From NCBI GenBank assembly GCA_964356285.1, contig CAYHGI010000002.1:1-51514 (forward strand): a stretch of 51,514 nt of DNA, in the 5' to 3' direction. The position numbers and the translations under genes were made by a program. The notes beneath the pieces were generated by a model. The model did not search any database. It was given only the letters and a program-made list of their open reading frames with translations, and was not told the origin of the DNA. The DNA is from an uncultured Candidatus Saccharibacteria bacterium (GTDB lineage: Bacteria; Patescibacteriota; Minisyncoccia; Phycocordibacterales; UBA9973). Below, in pieces: positions 1-9,172 of this stretch; position 1 is the first letter of the stretch, and each line of letters opens with the position of its first letter.

Positions 1-64
1 GAAAACTCGTTGAATTAAAACCAATACCAGCCGTTATTCTTAATGTTTATAAACGCATATTCAA

Positions 65-2248
65 ATGATTGAACTAAAAGATTACCAAAAACAAGCAGTA
101 GATAACCTTAGCAGGAAGGTAGAAAATTCCTTGCGTTCTTCGGAGAGCGAAATAGTAGTATTTCAAGCCCCTACTGGTTCAGGTAAAACAGTTATGGTCT
201 CTGCTCTTTTGAAAGAACTTATTAGCCGAAGAAAAGACGATAGAAAGTTTGCCTTTGTTTGGGTCTCGGTTCGTATGTTGCACAAGCAGAGCAAAGAAAA
301 ATTGGAGAGTTTTTATGAAGATGATAGGGCTATCAAATGTTCCTACTTTGATGATTTGGAAGACCGTAGAATTGGCGAAAACGAGGTTCTATTTATAAAT
401 TGGCACAGCATAAATAAAAAAGATATAAACCTTTTTGTTAAGGACAATGAGAAAGATAACAATTTAAGCAACATTATTAAAAATACGAAAGAAGAAGGGC
501 TCACTATAGTTTTAGTGATAGATGAAAGCCATCACACAGCAAACTCAGATAAGTCAAAAGAGCTTATTGAAATTATTAACCCGAAAATTACCTTAGAAGT
601 TTCTGCAACGCCTCACTTAACTGAGGGTGTGTCTGAAATAGAGAAAGTTCGTTTGGCAGATGTAAAAGCCGAAGAAATGATAAAGTCGGAAATTTTAGTA
701 AATCCTGAATTTCTAGATATTAAAATTGGTTCAAAAAGTGCTGATGAGATAGTGATAGAACAGGGCTTAAAAAAGAGAGAAGAACTATTGAAGATGTATA
801 AGAAAGAGGGTTCAAATGTAAACCCGCTTATGCTTATACAGCTTCCCGACAACAGAAGTAATTTGGTAAGTAAGAAGGAGGCAGTAGTAAAGATTTTAGA
901 GAAAAGAGGTATTACTGAAAAGAATGGCAAACTAGCTATATGGCTCTCGGAAGATAAATCGGACACCTTGCCCAACATTGAGAAGAACAACAATGAGGTT
1001 GAAGTCCTTGTCTTCAAGCAAGCCATCGCATTGGGCTGGGATTGCCCTAGAGCGTCCATATTGGCCATTTTCAGGGAGTCCAAGAGCTTTACCTTCACTA
1101 TTCAAACTATAGGCCGAATAATGCGTATGCCAGAGCTTAAATACTACCTAAAAGAACCTGACTTAAATCAGGGCTATGTCTTTACGAACTTACCAAACAT
1201 TGAAATTACCGAAGATTACGCTAAGGACTATTTAACTGTTTACGAAGCCAAACGAGACAATAAGTTATATAAAAACATTTCCTTGCCCTCAATTTATCTT
1301 AAACGCCAACGAGAAAGGACTCGTTTGTCAGGTGAGTTTGTTAAAACTTTCTTAACTCTAGCGGATAAGGAGAAAATAAAGAAATCAGTTAATCTTAAAC
1401 CCTCAAAAATAATAAATTCAATAATAGCCGAAGGTAAAATTGTAGATATAGATAAATCAGGTGAAATTGAACACAAGGGAGCAATAAAAATAACCCTAGA
1501 TGAAAAAGAGCTTCAAGAAAAGTTTGATACTTTCATTACTCAAAACTGCACTCCTTACGCACCTGCCGACTCAAGTGATAGATTGAAAACTGCAATTTAT
1601 CAATTTTTCAGTCAGGAATTTGATTTTGAAAAATATGACCCAGAGGTTCAAAAAATAGTTTTAGGAAAAGAAAATGCTCAGTTGTTTGTTAACACAATAA
1701 ATCTAGCTAAGGAAAAGTATAAAAAAGAAGTGGTTGAGAAACTAAGCGAGAAAAGAGAACTGCAAGATATGCCTAATTGGGAAGTGCCGATATTTACGAG
1801 TTATAACAGCAGGTATAAAAAAGAGGAACAAGCCCTTTCCATTATCAAGCCATTTTATACTGCAAAGCAGAGTGAGCCAGAAAAACAATTTATTGAGTTT
1901 CTAAATGCTTCTAAGAAAGTAAAATGGTGGTATAAAAATGGTGAAGCAGAAATAAAATTCTTTGCAATTTTAAGAGCTGATGACCGAGCTTTTTATCCTG
2001 ACTTTCTTATCCAATTCAAAGATGGAACTGTGGGTATTTTTGAGACAAAGAGTGGCTTTACGGCAGGTGAAGACGCTAAAGAACGAGCTGAGAGTTTGCA
2101 ACGATACATAAAGAAACAAAATAAATCTGGTAATAAACTAATTGGCGGTATAGCCGTCTATGTTAATGGAACTTGGAGATATAATGATAAAGAAAAATAC
2201 GATTATAATCCGAGTGATTTATCAAGCTGGAAAGTTCTTAGTTTATAA
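65..2248 (+). CDS. SF2 helicase-nuclease resembling a Type III restriction enzyme Res subunit
   Basis: 727-aa ORF. Helicase motif I 'APTGSGKT', motif II 'DESHH', motif VI-like 'QTIGRIMR'. C-terminal PD-(D/E)xK-like 'PDFLIQF..GIFETKSG'. A + strand frame ends with TAA at 16-18, so a truncated upstream partner gene is possible but cannot be assessed. Confidence 0.7.
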   Translation: MIELKDYQKQAVDNLSRKVENSLRSSESEIVVFQAPTGSGKTVMVSALLKELISRRKDDRKFAFVWVSVRMLHKQSKEKLESFYEDDRAIKCSYFDDLEDRRIGENEVLFINWHSINKKDINLFVKDNEKDNNLSNIIKNTKEEGLTIVLVIDESHHTANSDKSKELIEIINPKITLEVSATPHLTEGVSEIEKVRLADVKAEEMIKSEILVNPEFLDIKIGSKSADEIVIEQGLKKREELLKMYKKEGSNVNPLMLIQLPDNRSNLVSKKEAVVKILEKRGITEKNGKLAIWLSEDKSDTLPNIEKNNNEVEVLVFKQAIALGWDCPRASILAIFRESKSFTFTIQTIGRIMRMPELKYYLKEPDLNQGYVFTNLPNIEITEDYAKDYLTVYEAKRDNKLYKNISLPSIYLKRQRERTRLSGEFVKTFLTLADKEKIKKSVNLKPSKIINSIIAEGKIVDIDKSGEIEHKGAIKITLDEKELQEKFDTFITQNCTPYAPADSSDRLKTAIYQFFSQEFDFEKYDPEVQKIVLGKENAQLFVNTINLAKEKYKKEVVEKLSEKRELQDMPNWEVPIFTSYNSRYKKEEQALSIIKPFYTAKQSEPEKQFIEFLNASKKVKWWYKNGEAEIKFFAILRADDRAFYPDFLIQFKDGTVGIFETKSGFTAGEDAKERAESLQRYIKKQNKSGNKLIGGIAVYVNGTWRYNDKEKYDYNPSDLSSWKVLSL

Positions 2249-2300
2249 GGCCATAAAACAAGAGGTGGTTTCTCAAGCTATATCTTGGTATAATAATCGT

Positions 2301-2486
2301 ATGAAAACAGCTAAAGAAAAAAGTGTTAAATTAGACCTTACTCCTAAAGAGGTAGGATACTTATCGTCCCTAGTGGAAGCACAAGTTTCCAGATTATCAG
2401 TTCTAGACAAAAAGAACTTAGCAAAAAATCCTTTCAAAGAAGAATACAAAGTATTCAATAAATTGGGTGATATGCTTTCTTCTTAA
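2301..2486 (+). CDS. small hypothetical protein (61 aa)
   Basis: The track ORF 2160..2486 overlaps the helicase 3' end. The internal ATG at 2301 removes the overlap. No recognisable motif. Confidence 0.35.
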   Translation: MKTAKEKSVKLDLTPKEVGYLSSLVEAQVSRLSVLDKKNLAKNPFKEEYKVFNKLGDMLSS

Positions 2487-2494
2487 AGAAAGCT

Positions 2495-3160
2495 ATGTTT
2501 TTAATTTTGGACGAAAGTGAAGAACATCAAAAAATGGTTCTAGGTGGACTTCTTCTGTCAGAAAAGATTTTGCCAGATTTTGAAAAGGAGTTTGTAAAAC
2601 TTAGAATAAAGCATAAACTTTTTGGTGAAATAAAATGGCATAGAGTAGACCAATACCATAAAAGGTATTGCGAGTTTTTGGATTTATTTTTCAATGAAAA
2701 AGGTATTACATTTCACTCAATGTGCTATAGGAAAGGCGGTGTAGATAAATACAGAGCAGGATATGTTTTAATAAGAACTATTACTTGGAAAATGCAGAAT
2801 GCGGGTATAAACGAGCCATTATATGTTCTGTTTGATAATGATGGTAAATTGGGAGATACTGAAGCCAGAGAAATAGGTAAAATAGCAAAACAAGACAACA
2901 GATTTAAGCAAAAACTTGAATTTTGCAGTCAGGGGACATCTCATCTTTTAGGAGCTATGCAAATAGCTGATTTACTTACGGGTGCTGTTTGTTGCACCAT
3001 CAATACAGCTCAAATGTCTTCTGATAAGAAATATGTAAAAGATTATATAACTACTAAAAATAACAATGTGGATTTGGGCTGGGCGAGTGTATCGCTTCCT
3101 AAACTTAATGATTTGAAAATGCATTTTTTTGACCCTAATACTAAACCAGCATCTAAATAG
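2495..3160 (+). CDS. DUF3800-like protein
   Basis: N-terminal 'LILDESEE' and C-terminal 'MQIADLLTGAV' match the DUF3800 signature as I remember it (xDESG ... QxADllag). Confidence 0.6.
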   Translation: MFLILDESEEHQKMVLGGLLLSEKILPDFEKEFVKLRIKHKLFGEIKWHRVDQYHKRYCEFLDLFFNEKGITFHSMCYRKGGVDKYRAGYVLIRTITWKMQNAGINEPLYVLFDNDGKLGDTEAREIGKIAKQDNRFKQKLEFCSQGTSHLLGAMQIADLLTGAVCCTINTAQMSSDKKYVKDYITTKNNNVDLGWASVSLPKLNDLKMHFFDPNTKPASK

Positions 3161-3184
3161 GCCAAAACTTGAATTTTTTTCATT

Positions 3185-4870
3185 TTAATGAGAGAATACT
3201 TCAGTTCCTTTCATTTCTAAAGGTAGCCCGCTAAATTGCAGTTCGCTCTTAATTGCACGCCAATTCAGGGTTCTAAACGCATCCAATAGCGGGAGCATTC
3301 TTGGACTTTTGAGGTAGATTTCCTCAATTTGTCTTTTGTTTTTATACATTTTAAGAGGTTCTAACTTTTTATTTTCAGCAACTACGGCTTTTAATGGTAG
3401 TAGTGTGTTTTCTGTGTCAATTACTAGGTTTTTATTCATAATTGAGAGGTGCGAACCTAATCTTGATAATATGTCTTTTTTCTCAAATTCACCTTTTTCA
3501 AACTTGGCTTTAGCATCTCTAGCAAAAGCATAAACCTCGTCAGCTTTTTTCATAAAAGCATCAACATCCTTACCCGTCTTGTTAAAAATATTTTCCCAGT
3601 GTAATTTTTCTGTTGTTAATGGCTCTTTACGCATTTTAAATTCTTCCTCTGTTATTTCTTGATTGGCTCGCATATCAATTAACCCAGATAATTTTTTCAA
3701 ACATTCCCTATACGCCTTATTTTGTATATCAAGGATAGATTCGGTTGCTTGGGCTTGCTTGGCATTTTCTTGCATAGACCATTTCAAAGCAAAATCGTGC
3801 AACTCTGGCGGTATATTAAGAGAATCAATTTCTTTCATTATTTGCTTTTCTAGTTCTTTTTGCTCAACACCTTTTTGAGAGCAGTTTGGATTTTTGCGAT
3901 GCGTGCAATGATAATAAATATATCTATGAATGTTGCCATTTAATTGCCTCTTAACCTTTTCTTCTGCCGTGATGCCAGATTTGCACTCTCCGCACTCCAT
4001 AAGCCCCGTAAAAGCGAATGTGTGCGTCTTGGGGCGAGGTCTGCCTTTTCTTCCGAGTAATAATTGAATCTTGTCGTATTCTTCCGATTTCATTAAAGGT
4101 TTATATGTTCCCTTATACCAAATGCCACTTCCTCTCGGATATTCAAACATCCCATAATACATAGGGTTGGTAAAAAGATAATAAATTGTATTTCGGCTCA
4201 TCTTTTTTCCATTAGGCATTCTGAAGCCCCATTCTTTACTTACAATTTTCCAGATTTTTAGCGGAGTATAAAGTCCCGTAAGCATCATATCAACCATTTT
4301 ACGAATCAAATCAAATCTCTCTGGGTCTGGGTATATCTGTTTTCTGCCTCGTTCTTCATACTTATTATTTTTATAACCAACGGGAGCGGGGGCTGGATAC
4401 ATTCCTTTTTCCGCTTTCGTCTTTAACCCTCTTTTAACATCTTCACCCTTGTTGTCATTTTCTAGTTTCGCTTGGCTACAAAACAAGTTAAGCAAAAATT
4501 TATCATTGGGGATGTTGCGAAACATTTGGCTTGGGGTTCTAACTTCAAGTAATTTTCCCTCATCCATTAAATAAACCACCTTGCCTGTATCTATTGAATT
4601 TCTTGAAATTCGGCTTGCGTTCCAAACCAAAAGTCCGTTGGCAAAGCCACTATCAATTTTTTTAGTCAGTTCTGCAAATTTAGGTCTGCCGAGTTTTTTT
4701 GCTGAATGCGATTCTTCTATTATTTCAACTATTTTTAGTTTTTCTCTTTTGGCTACATCTTCAAGTTCCTTTCTCTGTGATTCAATAGATAAAACTTGCC
4801 TATCTTCTTGCTCGGAAGATTTACGGCAATAAATAATATATTTAGCTGGTTGTTTAGTTTTGTTTTCCAT
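3185..4870 (-). CDS. large serine recombinase (resolvase/invertase N-domain + recombinase domain + zinc ribbon)
   Basis: 561 aa. N-terminal 'YIIYCRKSSEQEDRQVLSIESQ' is the catalytic Ser motif. Cys cluster 'CGECKSG...YYHCTHRKNPNC'. Coiled-coil C-terminus. Confidence 0.85.
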   Translation of the reverse strand: MENKTKQPAKYIIYCRKSSEQEDRQVLSIESQRKELEDVAKREKLKIVEIIEESHSAKKLGRPKFAELTKKIDSGFANGLLVWNASRISRNSIDTGKVVYLMDEGKLLEVRTPSQMFRNIPNDKFLLNLFCSQAKLENDNKGEDVKRGLKTKAEKGMYPAPAPVGYKNNKYEERGRKQIYPDPERFDLIRKMVDMMLTGLYTPLKIWKIVSKEWGFRMPNGKKMSRNTIYYLFTNPMYYGMFEYPRGSGIWYKGTYKPLMKSEEYDKIQLLLGRKGRPRPKTHTFAFTGLMECGECKSGITAEEKVKRQLNGNIHRYIYYHCTHRKNPNCSQKGVEQKELEKQIMKEIDSLNIPPELHDFALKWSMQENAKQAQATESILDIQNKAYRECLKKLSGLIDMRANQEITEEEFKMRKEPLTTEKLHWENIFNKTGKDVDAFMKKADEVYAFARDAKAKFEKGEFEKKDILSRLGSHLSIMNKNLVIDTENTLLPLKAVVAENKKLEPLKMYKNKRQIEEIYLKSPRMLPLLDAFRTLNWRAIKSELQFSGLPLEMKGTEVFSH

Positions 4871-5171
4871 TAGTTTTTGCTTTACTCAAAAAACTATCAA
4901 ACTCCTTTTTATCAATACGAAACTCCTTGCCAAATTTATATGCCTTTAACTTCTTTGCTTCTATGTAGCGGTAAATCGTCATTATATTAACTCTTAACTT
5001 TTCTGCTAATTCTTTGGCTGTGTAAAATTCTCTTGTGGCTCGGTTTAGAGCTTCTATGGTTAATTTACCATAATCAATTTTTGATTTTTTTAAGTTAGGA
5101 TAGCTACCAAAAATAAATGTATTTTTATTTGATGCGGGTTTGGTGTTGTTCTTTTGTGATTGTTTATTCAT
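4854..5171 (-). CDS. excisionase/MerR-type helix-turn-helix DNA-binding protein
   Basis: 'YTAKELAEKLRVNIMTIYRYIEAKKLKAYKFGKEFRIDKKEFDSFL' is a typical excisionase-family HTH. It overlaps the serine recombinase start by 17 nt. Confidence 0.7.
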   Translation of the reverse strand: MNKQSQKNNTKPASNKNTFIFGSYPNLKKSKIDYGKLTIEALNRATREFYTAKELAEKLRVNIMTIYRYIEAKKLKAYKFGKEFRIDKKEFDSFLSKAKTNGKQN

Positions 5172-5221
5172 ATATCTATGATACTTTACTATTCTTTACA
5201 TAGCAAGTGGATAACTTTCAT

Positions 5222-6331
5222 CTATTTTTCCTTTAATAACTGCCTTGCTTCATCTAAACTAATAACCACCCTTACTTCTCTTTTTCTACCTTCAAAGTCA
5301 ATGTTTCTAATAATTTCTATCTGTCTTTTTTCTTCAATATGCCCATACCCATAAGAGCCGAAAGTAGTCCCAACATTTTCGTGTCCCATATTTTGGCTAT
5401 ATGCTTTTTCTTCTTCTTTTGTCATTGGAAATTTAGACATTTCTTTAATGACAAAATGTCTAAAAGTGTGCGGATGATAATATTGAATCCCGAATTGCTT
5501 AAATCTTTTTTCAAATATTTTTCTTAAAGATGTGGAGCTTTTAAGGAATTTTGCTTCAACCTCGCCAGTATTATAATAACTGATATTGTCCTTTCCGTTT
5601 TCTATTTTTGTGGCTGGAAAGATAGGGTCATTTGGCTGGAATTTCTTTTCTTTTTCCAAATAATCAAACCATTCAATAAAATAATTTAATGCTTCTTTAT
5701 ACCCGAAAGGAATTAAAACAGTGGTAATTTTTTTAGAAAATTTTGTTTCTACTCCCAATACTGGGTCTTGATAAATAACCAATTCTTTTTTATCAAAACT
5801 TCTCATTGGGAGCGTCCTAATCGCTGTTATTCTTGCTCCCGTTAAGAAAGCCAAAGCGAATAAAGCTCTATCCCTCATTTCAATCTCGGTCTTGCCTTTC
5901 AAGCCCTCAATGACCTTTTTTATTTCTTCCAATGTTGGATACTCCACATTCTTGGGTTGTGTGGCTTCCCGAACTTCCTTTCTTGTTAAATTAAGATAAT
6001 CAATAGCCGTCTGGTTGATTTTTGACTTATAGCCCGCCTGCTTGGAAAGCCAGTCAAAGAAAATTTTTAAATGCCTTAAATTATCGTTGCAATAGGAAAT
6101 GCTGATATTTTCTTTGGAGTTCTTTTTCTTTTTATTTTTTAACCAGTCCTTAAAATCTTTTGCTTTGGTCATATTAAAAGAGCCAAAGTCGGCTTTTTTT
6201 GTAAAATCTTCCCATAGCCAAATCGCTTTTTCAAAGCACTTAATCGTATCGTCTGAAAATCGCTTTGAGTTTTTAAGCCATTCGTAAAATCTTCTTTTTA
6301 GCAGTTCGTTCCTATAAATTATTGTTGTCAT
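5222..6331 (-). CDS. tyrosine recombinase / phage-type integrase
   Basis: 369 aa. 'LTGARITAIRTL' (Arg I), 'HPHTFRHF' (H-x-x-R) and 'GHENVGTTFGSYGY' (His/Tyr region). Confidence 0.85.
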   Translation of the reverse strand: MTTIIYRNELLKRRFYEWLKNSKRFSDDTIKCFEKAIWLWEDFTKKADFGSFNMTKAKDFKDWLKNKKKKNSKENISISYCNDNLRHLKIFFDWLSKQAGYKSKINQTAIDYLNLTRKEVREATQPKNVEYPTLEEIKKVIEGLKGKTEIEMRDRALFALAFLTGARITAIRTLPMRSFDKKELVIYQDPVLGVETKFSKKITTVLIPFGYKEALNYFIEWFDYLEKEKKFQPNDPIFPATKIENGKDNISYYNTGEVEAKFLKSSTSLRKIFEKRFKQFGIQYYHPHTFRHFVIKEMSKFPMTKEEEKAYSQNMGHENVGTTFGSYGYGHIEEKRQIEIIRNIDFEGRKREVRVVISLDEARQLLKEK

Positions 6332-6395
6332 ATTTTTACTTTTTATTGGCTAATAATGTTAAATGGGACATTTACGAGTAGTGATGAATAACCTA

Positions 6396-6794
6396 TTAAT
6401 CCTTTTGGCATACTCCTAAATATTTATATATTTCTGTCCCGCAAATCTCGCAAATGCCTGTTTTTTGAAGTTGCTCTCGGTTCTCTTTACCTATTCTTTT
6501 CCCAGTTTTGATAGTCCGTTCGCTTCCTATTTTAGACACAACTGCTTTATGGCATTTGAAACAAAAAAATTCATTTTCTTCAAGATGTGTTTTTTTCTTG
6601 GCTTTTCTTTTTATAATAAAATCTTTTAAATCTGCTCCAATTACCAAAGGACTTACGCTTTCTTCAATAACCCTTAATCCCTCATTCTTAATCCAACGAC
6701 TGCAAGTTTTTCTATCTGTGCCAAATAAAAATGCCATTTCAGTTATGTTGTAGCTTCTTCTTGTTTGGATTTTGTGAATATTATAATTTGACAT
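6396..6794 (-). CDS. hypothetical HTH + zinc-ribbon protein
   Basis: 132 aa. N-terminal HTH-like 'ITEMAFLFGTDRKTCSRWIKNEG'. Two CxxC pairs: 'CFKCH' and 'CEICG'. Confidence 0.5.
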   Translation of the reverse strand: MSNYNIHKIQTRRSYNITEMAFLFGTDRKTCSRWIKNEGLRVIEESVSPLVIGADLKDFIIKRKAKKKTHLEENEFFCFKCHKAVVSKIGSERTIKTGKRIGKENREQLQKTGICEICGTEIYKYLGVCQKD

Positions 6795-6835
6795 ACATTT
6801 TCATTATCATTTTTTGCTTCTTAACTCCTGTCATT

Positions 6836-6994
6836 TCAACCATTTTCAATAAAGCCCGAAGTGTTGCCATAAACGGCAGTATAAAGAGCCACAAGGTTGT
6901 TTGCTCGGCGTGTCGCTTCCTCGTCCGAGAGTTCTACGCCATAATTCTTGGCATAAAGTTTCTTGTATTCTTCTATGGCTTCTTTTGGCAACAT
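6836..6994 (-). CDS. small hypothetical protein (52 aa), below the ORF-track size cutoff
   Basis: My minus-strand translation: MLPKEAIEEYKKLYAKNYGVELSDEEATRRANNLVALYTAVYGNTSGFIENG. It fills the gap in the minus-strand gene string. An alternative in-frame ATG lies at 7006. The antisense + ORF 6731..7042 is probably spurious. Confidence 0.4.
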   Translation of the reverse strand: MLPKEAIEEYKKLYAKNYGVELSDEEATRRANNLVALYTAVYGNTSGFIENG

Positions 6995-6998
6995 AAAA

Positions 6999-7232
6999 TT
7001 ACGCATCTGTGTAGATGCGGTTTTTGCAAGTTTTCTGATTAGCGAATAGGGTTTGAGCTGGGAGGTTTATTTTGTCGTCCCAAAAGTCAGTAGACGATTG
7101 CTCAATGCCTTTCTCATACTTGAATATGAATTTGACCTTTTTAATGTTTGACTTATCAAGCTCAATTAACTTATACCCTATGGTTATGAGAGTAGATGCA
7201 AGATTTAAGTCGTATGTGCAATATGTTTTCAT
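6999..7232 (-). CDS. small hypothetical protein (possibly DUF5659-like)
   Basis: 77 aa. 'YDLNLASTLITIGYKLIELDKSNIKKVKFIF' resembles the DUF5659 pattern as I remember it. The family name is low confidence. Confidence 0.45.
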   Translation of the reverse strand: MKTYCTYDLNLASTLITIGYKLIELDKSNIKKVKFIFKYEKGIEQSSTDFWDDKINLPAQTLFANQKTCKNRIYTDA

Positions 7233-7391
7233 TTTAATTTTAACCCTTTTGGGGCTTATACCCTTTACGGACGAAAACTCTTTTGAAAAAAGAAAAAAAC
7301 CTTATTATTCAAAATAGGGTTGTTTTAAAAGGATTTTTAAGTTTTATATTTTTCGTTTATGGGCGAAAACTATAAACGAAAATTCGTTTTG

Positions 7392-8933
7392 TTAGCTGTC
7401 TGTCATTTCATCGTTGCCAAGAAACTTCTTAACTTTATTATATGATTTATTTTCTGTCATTTCATCAAAGATTTTTTCTGATTCAGATTTATCATCCGAA
7501 TTAAATTTTATATCTCTGTCCCGAAAATCATCCCTAAAGGTTTTTTCGGGTATCAGTTTTATTTTTATTTTATAATTTCTTTCCATATCGTTATATTCAA
7601 CGGGGTCATCTTTTATAGTCGGGAATAAAGCTATTAAGCTCTTGGAAAGGGTTTGTTTTTGCTTCAATTTCTTACCTTTTTCCTTTCCAGTTAAACTGTC
7701 TATCGGGAAAATACCTTTCAGGGTTGATAGTAAAAAAAGAAAATCCCAAGCATCATTAGCTTTTGTTTTTTCTTCCGTCTTTTTAACTCTTTTGTCAGCA
7801 AACCCCATTTTTTCATAATCAGATTCATGTTTTTTTCCTTTTATAATTACTTCAACATCAAATTTATTTTTAAATTTTAAAGTAATATCTTCCCAGCGAG
7901 TATTTGCAGGTATAGGAAAAAGTAAATCTTTTTTTAATACCCCTTGTCTTACTATTTCTTTTTTTGGTTCACTCTTGCTAGTTGTTTGTGGTTGTTTGTC
8001 CACTACCATTTTTCTAACGGAATCTGCTTTTTGGGATTTATAGTCATAGAGAATTTTGTAATACCTATGGAACTCTGGCAAAATCTTCATTTGAATTATT
8101 GTTGGATATTTCCAAAATTCATCAGAGGTCATAATCATCATTCCATAGGGAGCTTTTTGATAAATAATGTCTTTTATTTCTATCAGACCCTCTCTTTCCA
8201 TTCCCAAAGCCGTTTCCAAAAAATAGGTATGAAGTATTGTTTGCTTATCCCAGATTTGCGTGTAATCTAGCTTTAAGCTATTAGGGGGATAGCCCTTACC
8301 AAGTTCTTTTTGTATGGCTATTGAAAAATCTTCTTTTTGTCTCTGATAACTCAAAGAACGCTGGGTCTTGTAATATGACTTATTGGATATGTAATTTTCT
8401 AAAAAATTATCTACTCTTTCTGCCAAATTTAGTTCATCTCTCATAAAACTGTCTATTTTTTCCTCCAAAAATTTTCTTACTTTATCTAGGGAAAGCTTTA
8501 TTTCAAAAGAGAGGAATTTTTGGGTTATTTCTTGTTGTGCTAAACTTTGGAAACTTAAAACATCAAGTTCAATATCCAGTGCATTTATAAGTTTCTCGTA
8601 ATATCCTTTTCCCAAATTGCAGTGTTTATCTGCAAAAGGATTATGAGTATTAAAAGAACTACCGCCATCTCCCAAAGAAGCCACTTTTAGTTTCTCCAGT
8701 TTTGCTCCAAACTCTCTCCCTTTTCGTCTGTATTCGTTGATATATCCTTGTCCTAATTTGTAATTATCAAGTTTGAGCAGACCTTCTTTGGCTAGACCTA
8801 GCAGTTCCGTAATTGATAGATTAAAACTGTCAAAAAGGTTAGAGATATTGTGCGTTTTTTTATTTATCTCTTTTTCTTTTAAGAGCAAAATTTTAGCACT
8901 TTCAATTTTGTCGTGTAAGCTTGGGGCGTTCAT
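7392..8933 (-). CDS. hypothetical protein, 513 aa, no recognisable domain
   Basis: Long uninterrupted ORF that heads the minus-strand recombinase gene string. Lys/Glu-rich C-terminal half. Confidence 0.6.
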   Translation of the reverse strand: MNAPSLHDKIESAKILLLKEKEINKKTHNISNLFDSFNLSITELLGLAKEGLLKLDNYKLGQGYINEYRRKGREFGAKLEKLKVASLGDGGSSFNTHNPFADKHCNLGKGYYEKLINALDIELDVLSFQSLAQQEITQKFLSFEIKLSLDKVRKFLEEKIDSFMRDELNLAERVDNFLENYISNKSYYKTQRSLSYQRQKEDFSIAIQKELGKGYPPNSLKLDYTQIWDKQTILHTYFLETALGMEREGLIEIKDIIYQKAPYGMMIMTSDEFWKYPTIIQMKILPEFHRYYKILYDYKSQKADSVRKMVVDKQPQTTSKSEPKKEIVRQGVLKKDLLFPIPANTRWEDITLKFKNKFDVEVIIKGKKHESDYEKMGFADKRVKKTEEKTKANDAWDFLFLLSTLKGIFPIDSLTGKEKGKKLKQKQTLSKSLIALFPTIKDDPVEYNDMERNYKIKIKLIPEKTFRDDFRDRDIKFNSDDKSESEKIFDEMTENKSYNKVKKFLGNDEMTDS

Positions 8934-8999
8934 TGTAATTATAATTTATGCTTAAAACATAAGCATTTTAGCACTTTTTTCTCCAAAAATAAAGGATTG

Positions 9000-9008
9000 T
9001 GTTATACT
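9000..9008 (+). promoter_or_regulatory. extended -10 promoter element (TGtTATACT) for the R-M methyltransferase
   Basis: TG at 9000-9001, one spacer nucleotide, then TATACT at 9003-9008. This predicts a ~160-nt leader before the ATG at 9176. Confidence 0.4.
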
Positions 9009-9037
9009 CAAAGGGTTAGAAAAATAAAATATAAAAT

Positions 9038-9172
9038 CCACTGCTACATAGAGACGGGCATCCGTCTCCTAATCATGTAGCAGTGGTCGGTAGCTCGCAA
9101 GAGCTGTCGGACAGTCTTTGACTGTCGGGAGCAACGGATGCCTTTTTCTGTTGCTCTTAAAACCACTGCTAC
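9038..9172 (+). promoter_or_regulatory. highly structured 5' leader / candidate cis-regulatory RNA upstream of the methyltransferase
   Basis: A 12-bp stem 9038-9049/9075-9086 encloses a 7-bp hairpin 9051-9057/9062-9068. Further hairpins: 9092-9096/9101-9105, 9110-9116/9120-9126 and 9129-9135/9150-9156. A second copy of CCACTGCTACA at 9162-9172 abuts the ATG. GGCATCCGT (9058-9066) is complementary to ACGGATGCC (9134-9142). Confidence 0.5.

Noticed and set aside
613-1098. Antisense ORFs listed in the track. Examples: 613..1098, 9517..9951, 11891..12238, 27312..27644, 31591..32127, 35791..36363, 36503..37015, 46589..47020, 50358..50771.
   Set aside because: Each lies fully opposite a longer ORF that has clear family motifs. 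Their products are low-complexity, Ser/Leu/Phe-rich shadow translations. The ones in 35-37 kb are explained by the locally higher GC of the transketolase genes.
6731-7042. 103-aa + strand ORF in the gap between minus-strand genes
   Set aside because: Its translation is hydrophobic and low-complexity. The minus strand carries a more protein-like 52-aa ORF (6836..6994) that is co-oriented with all of its neighbours.
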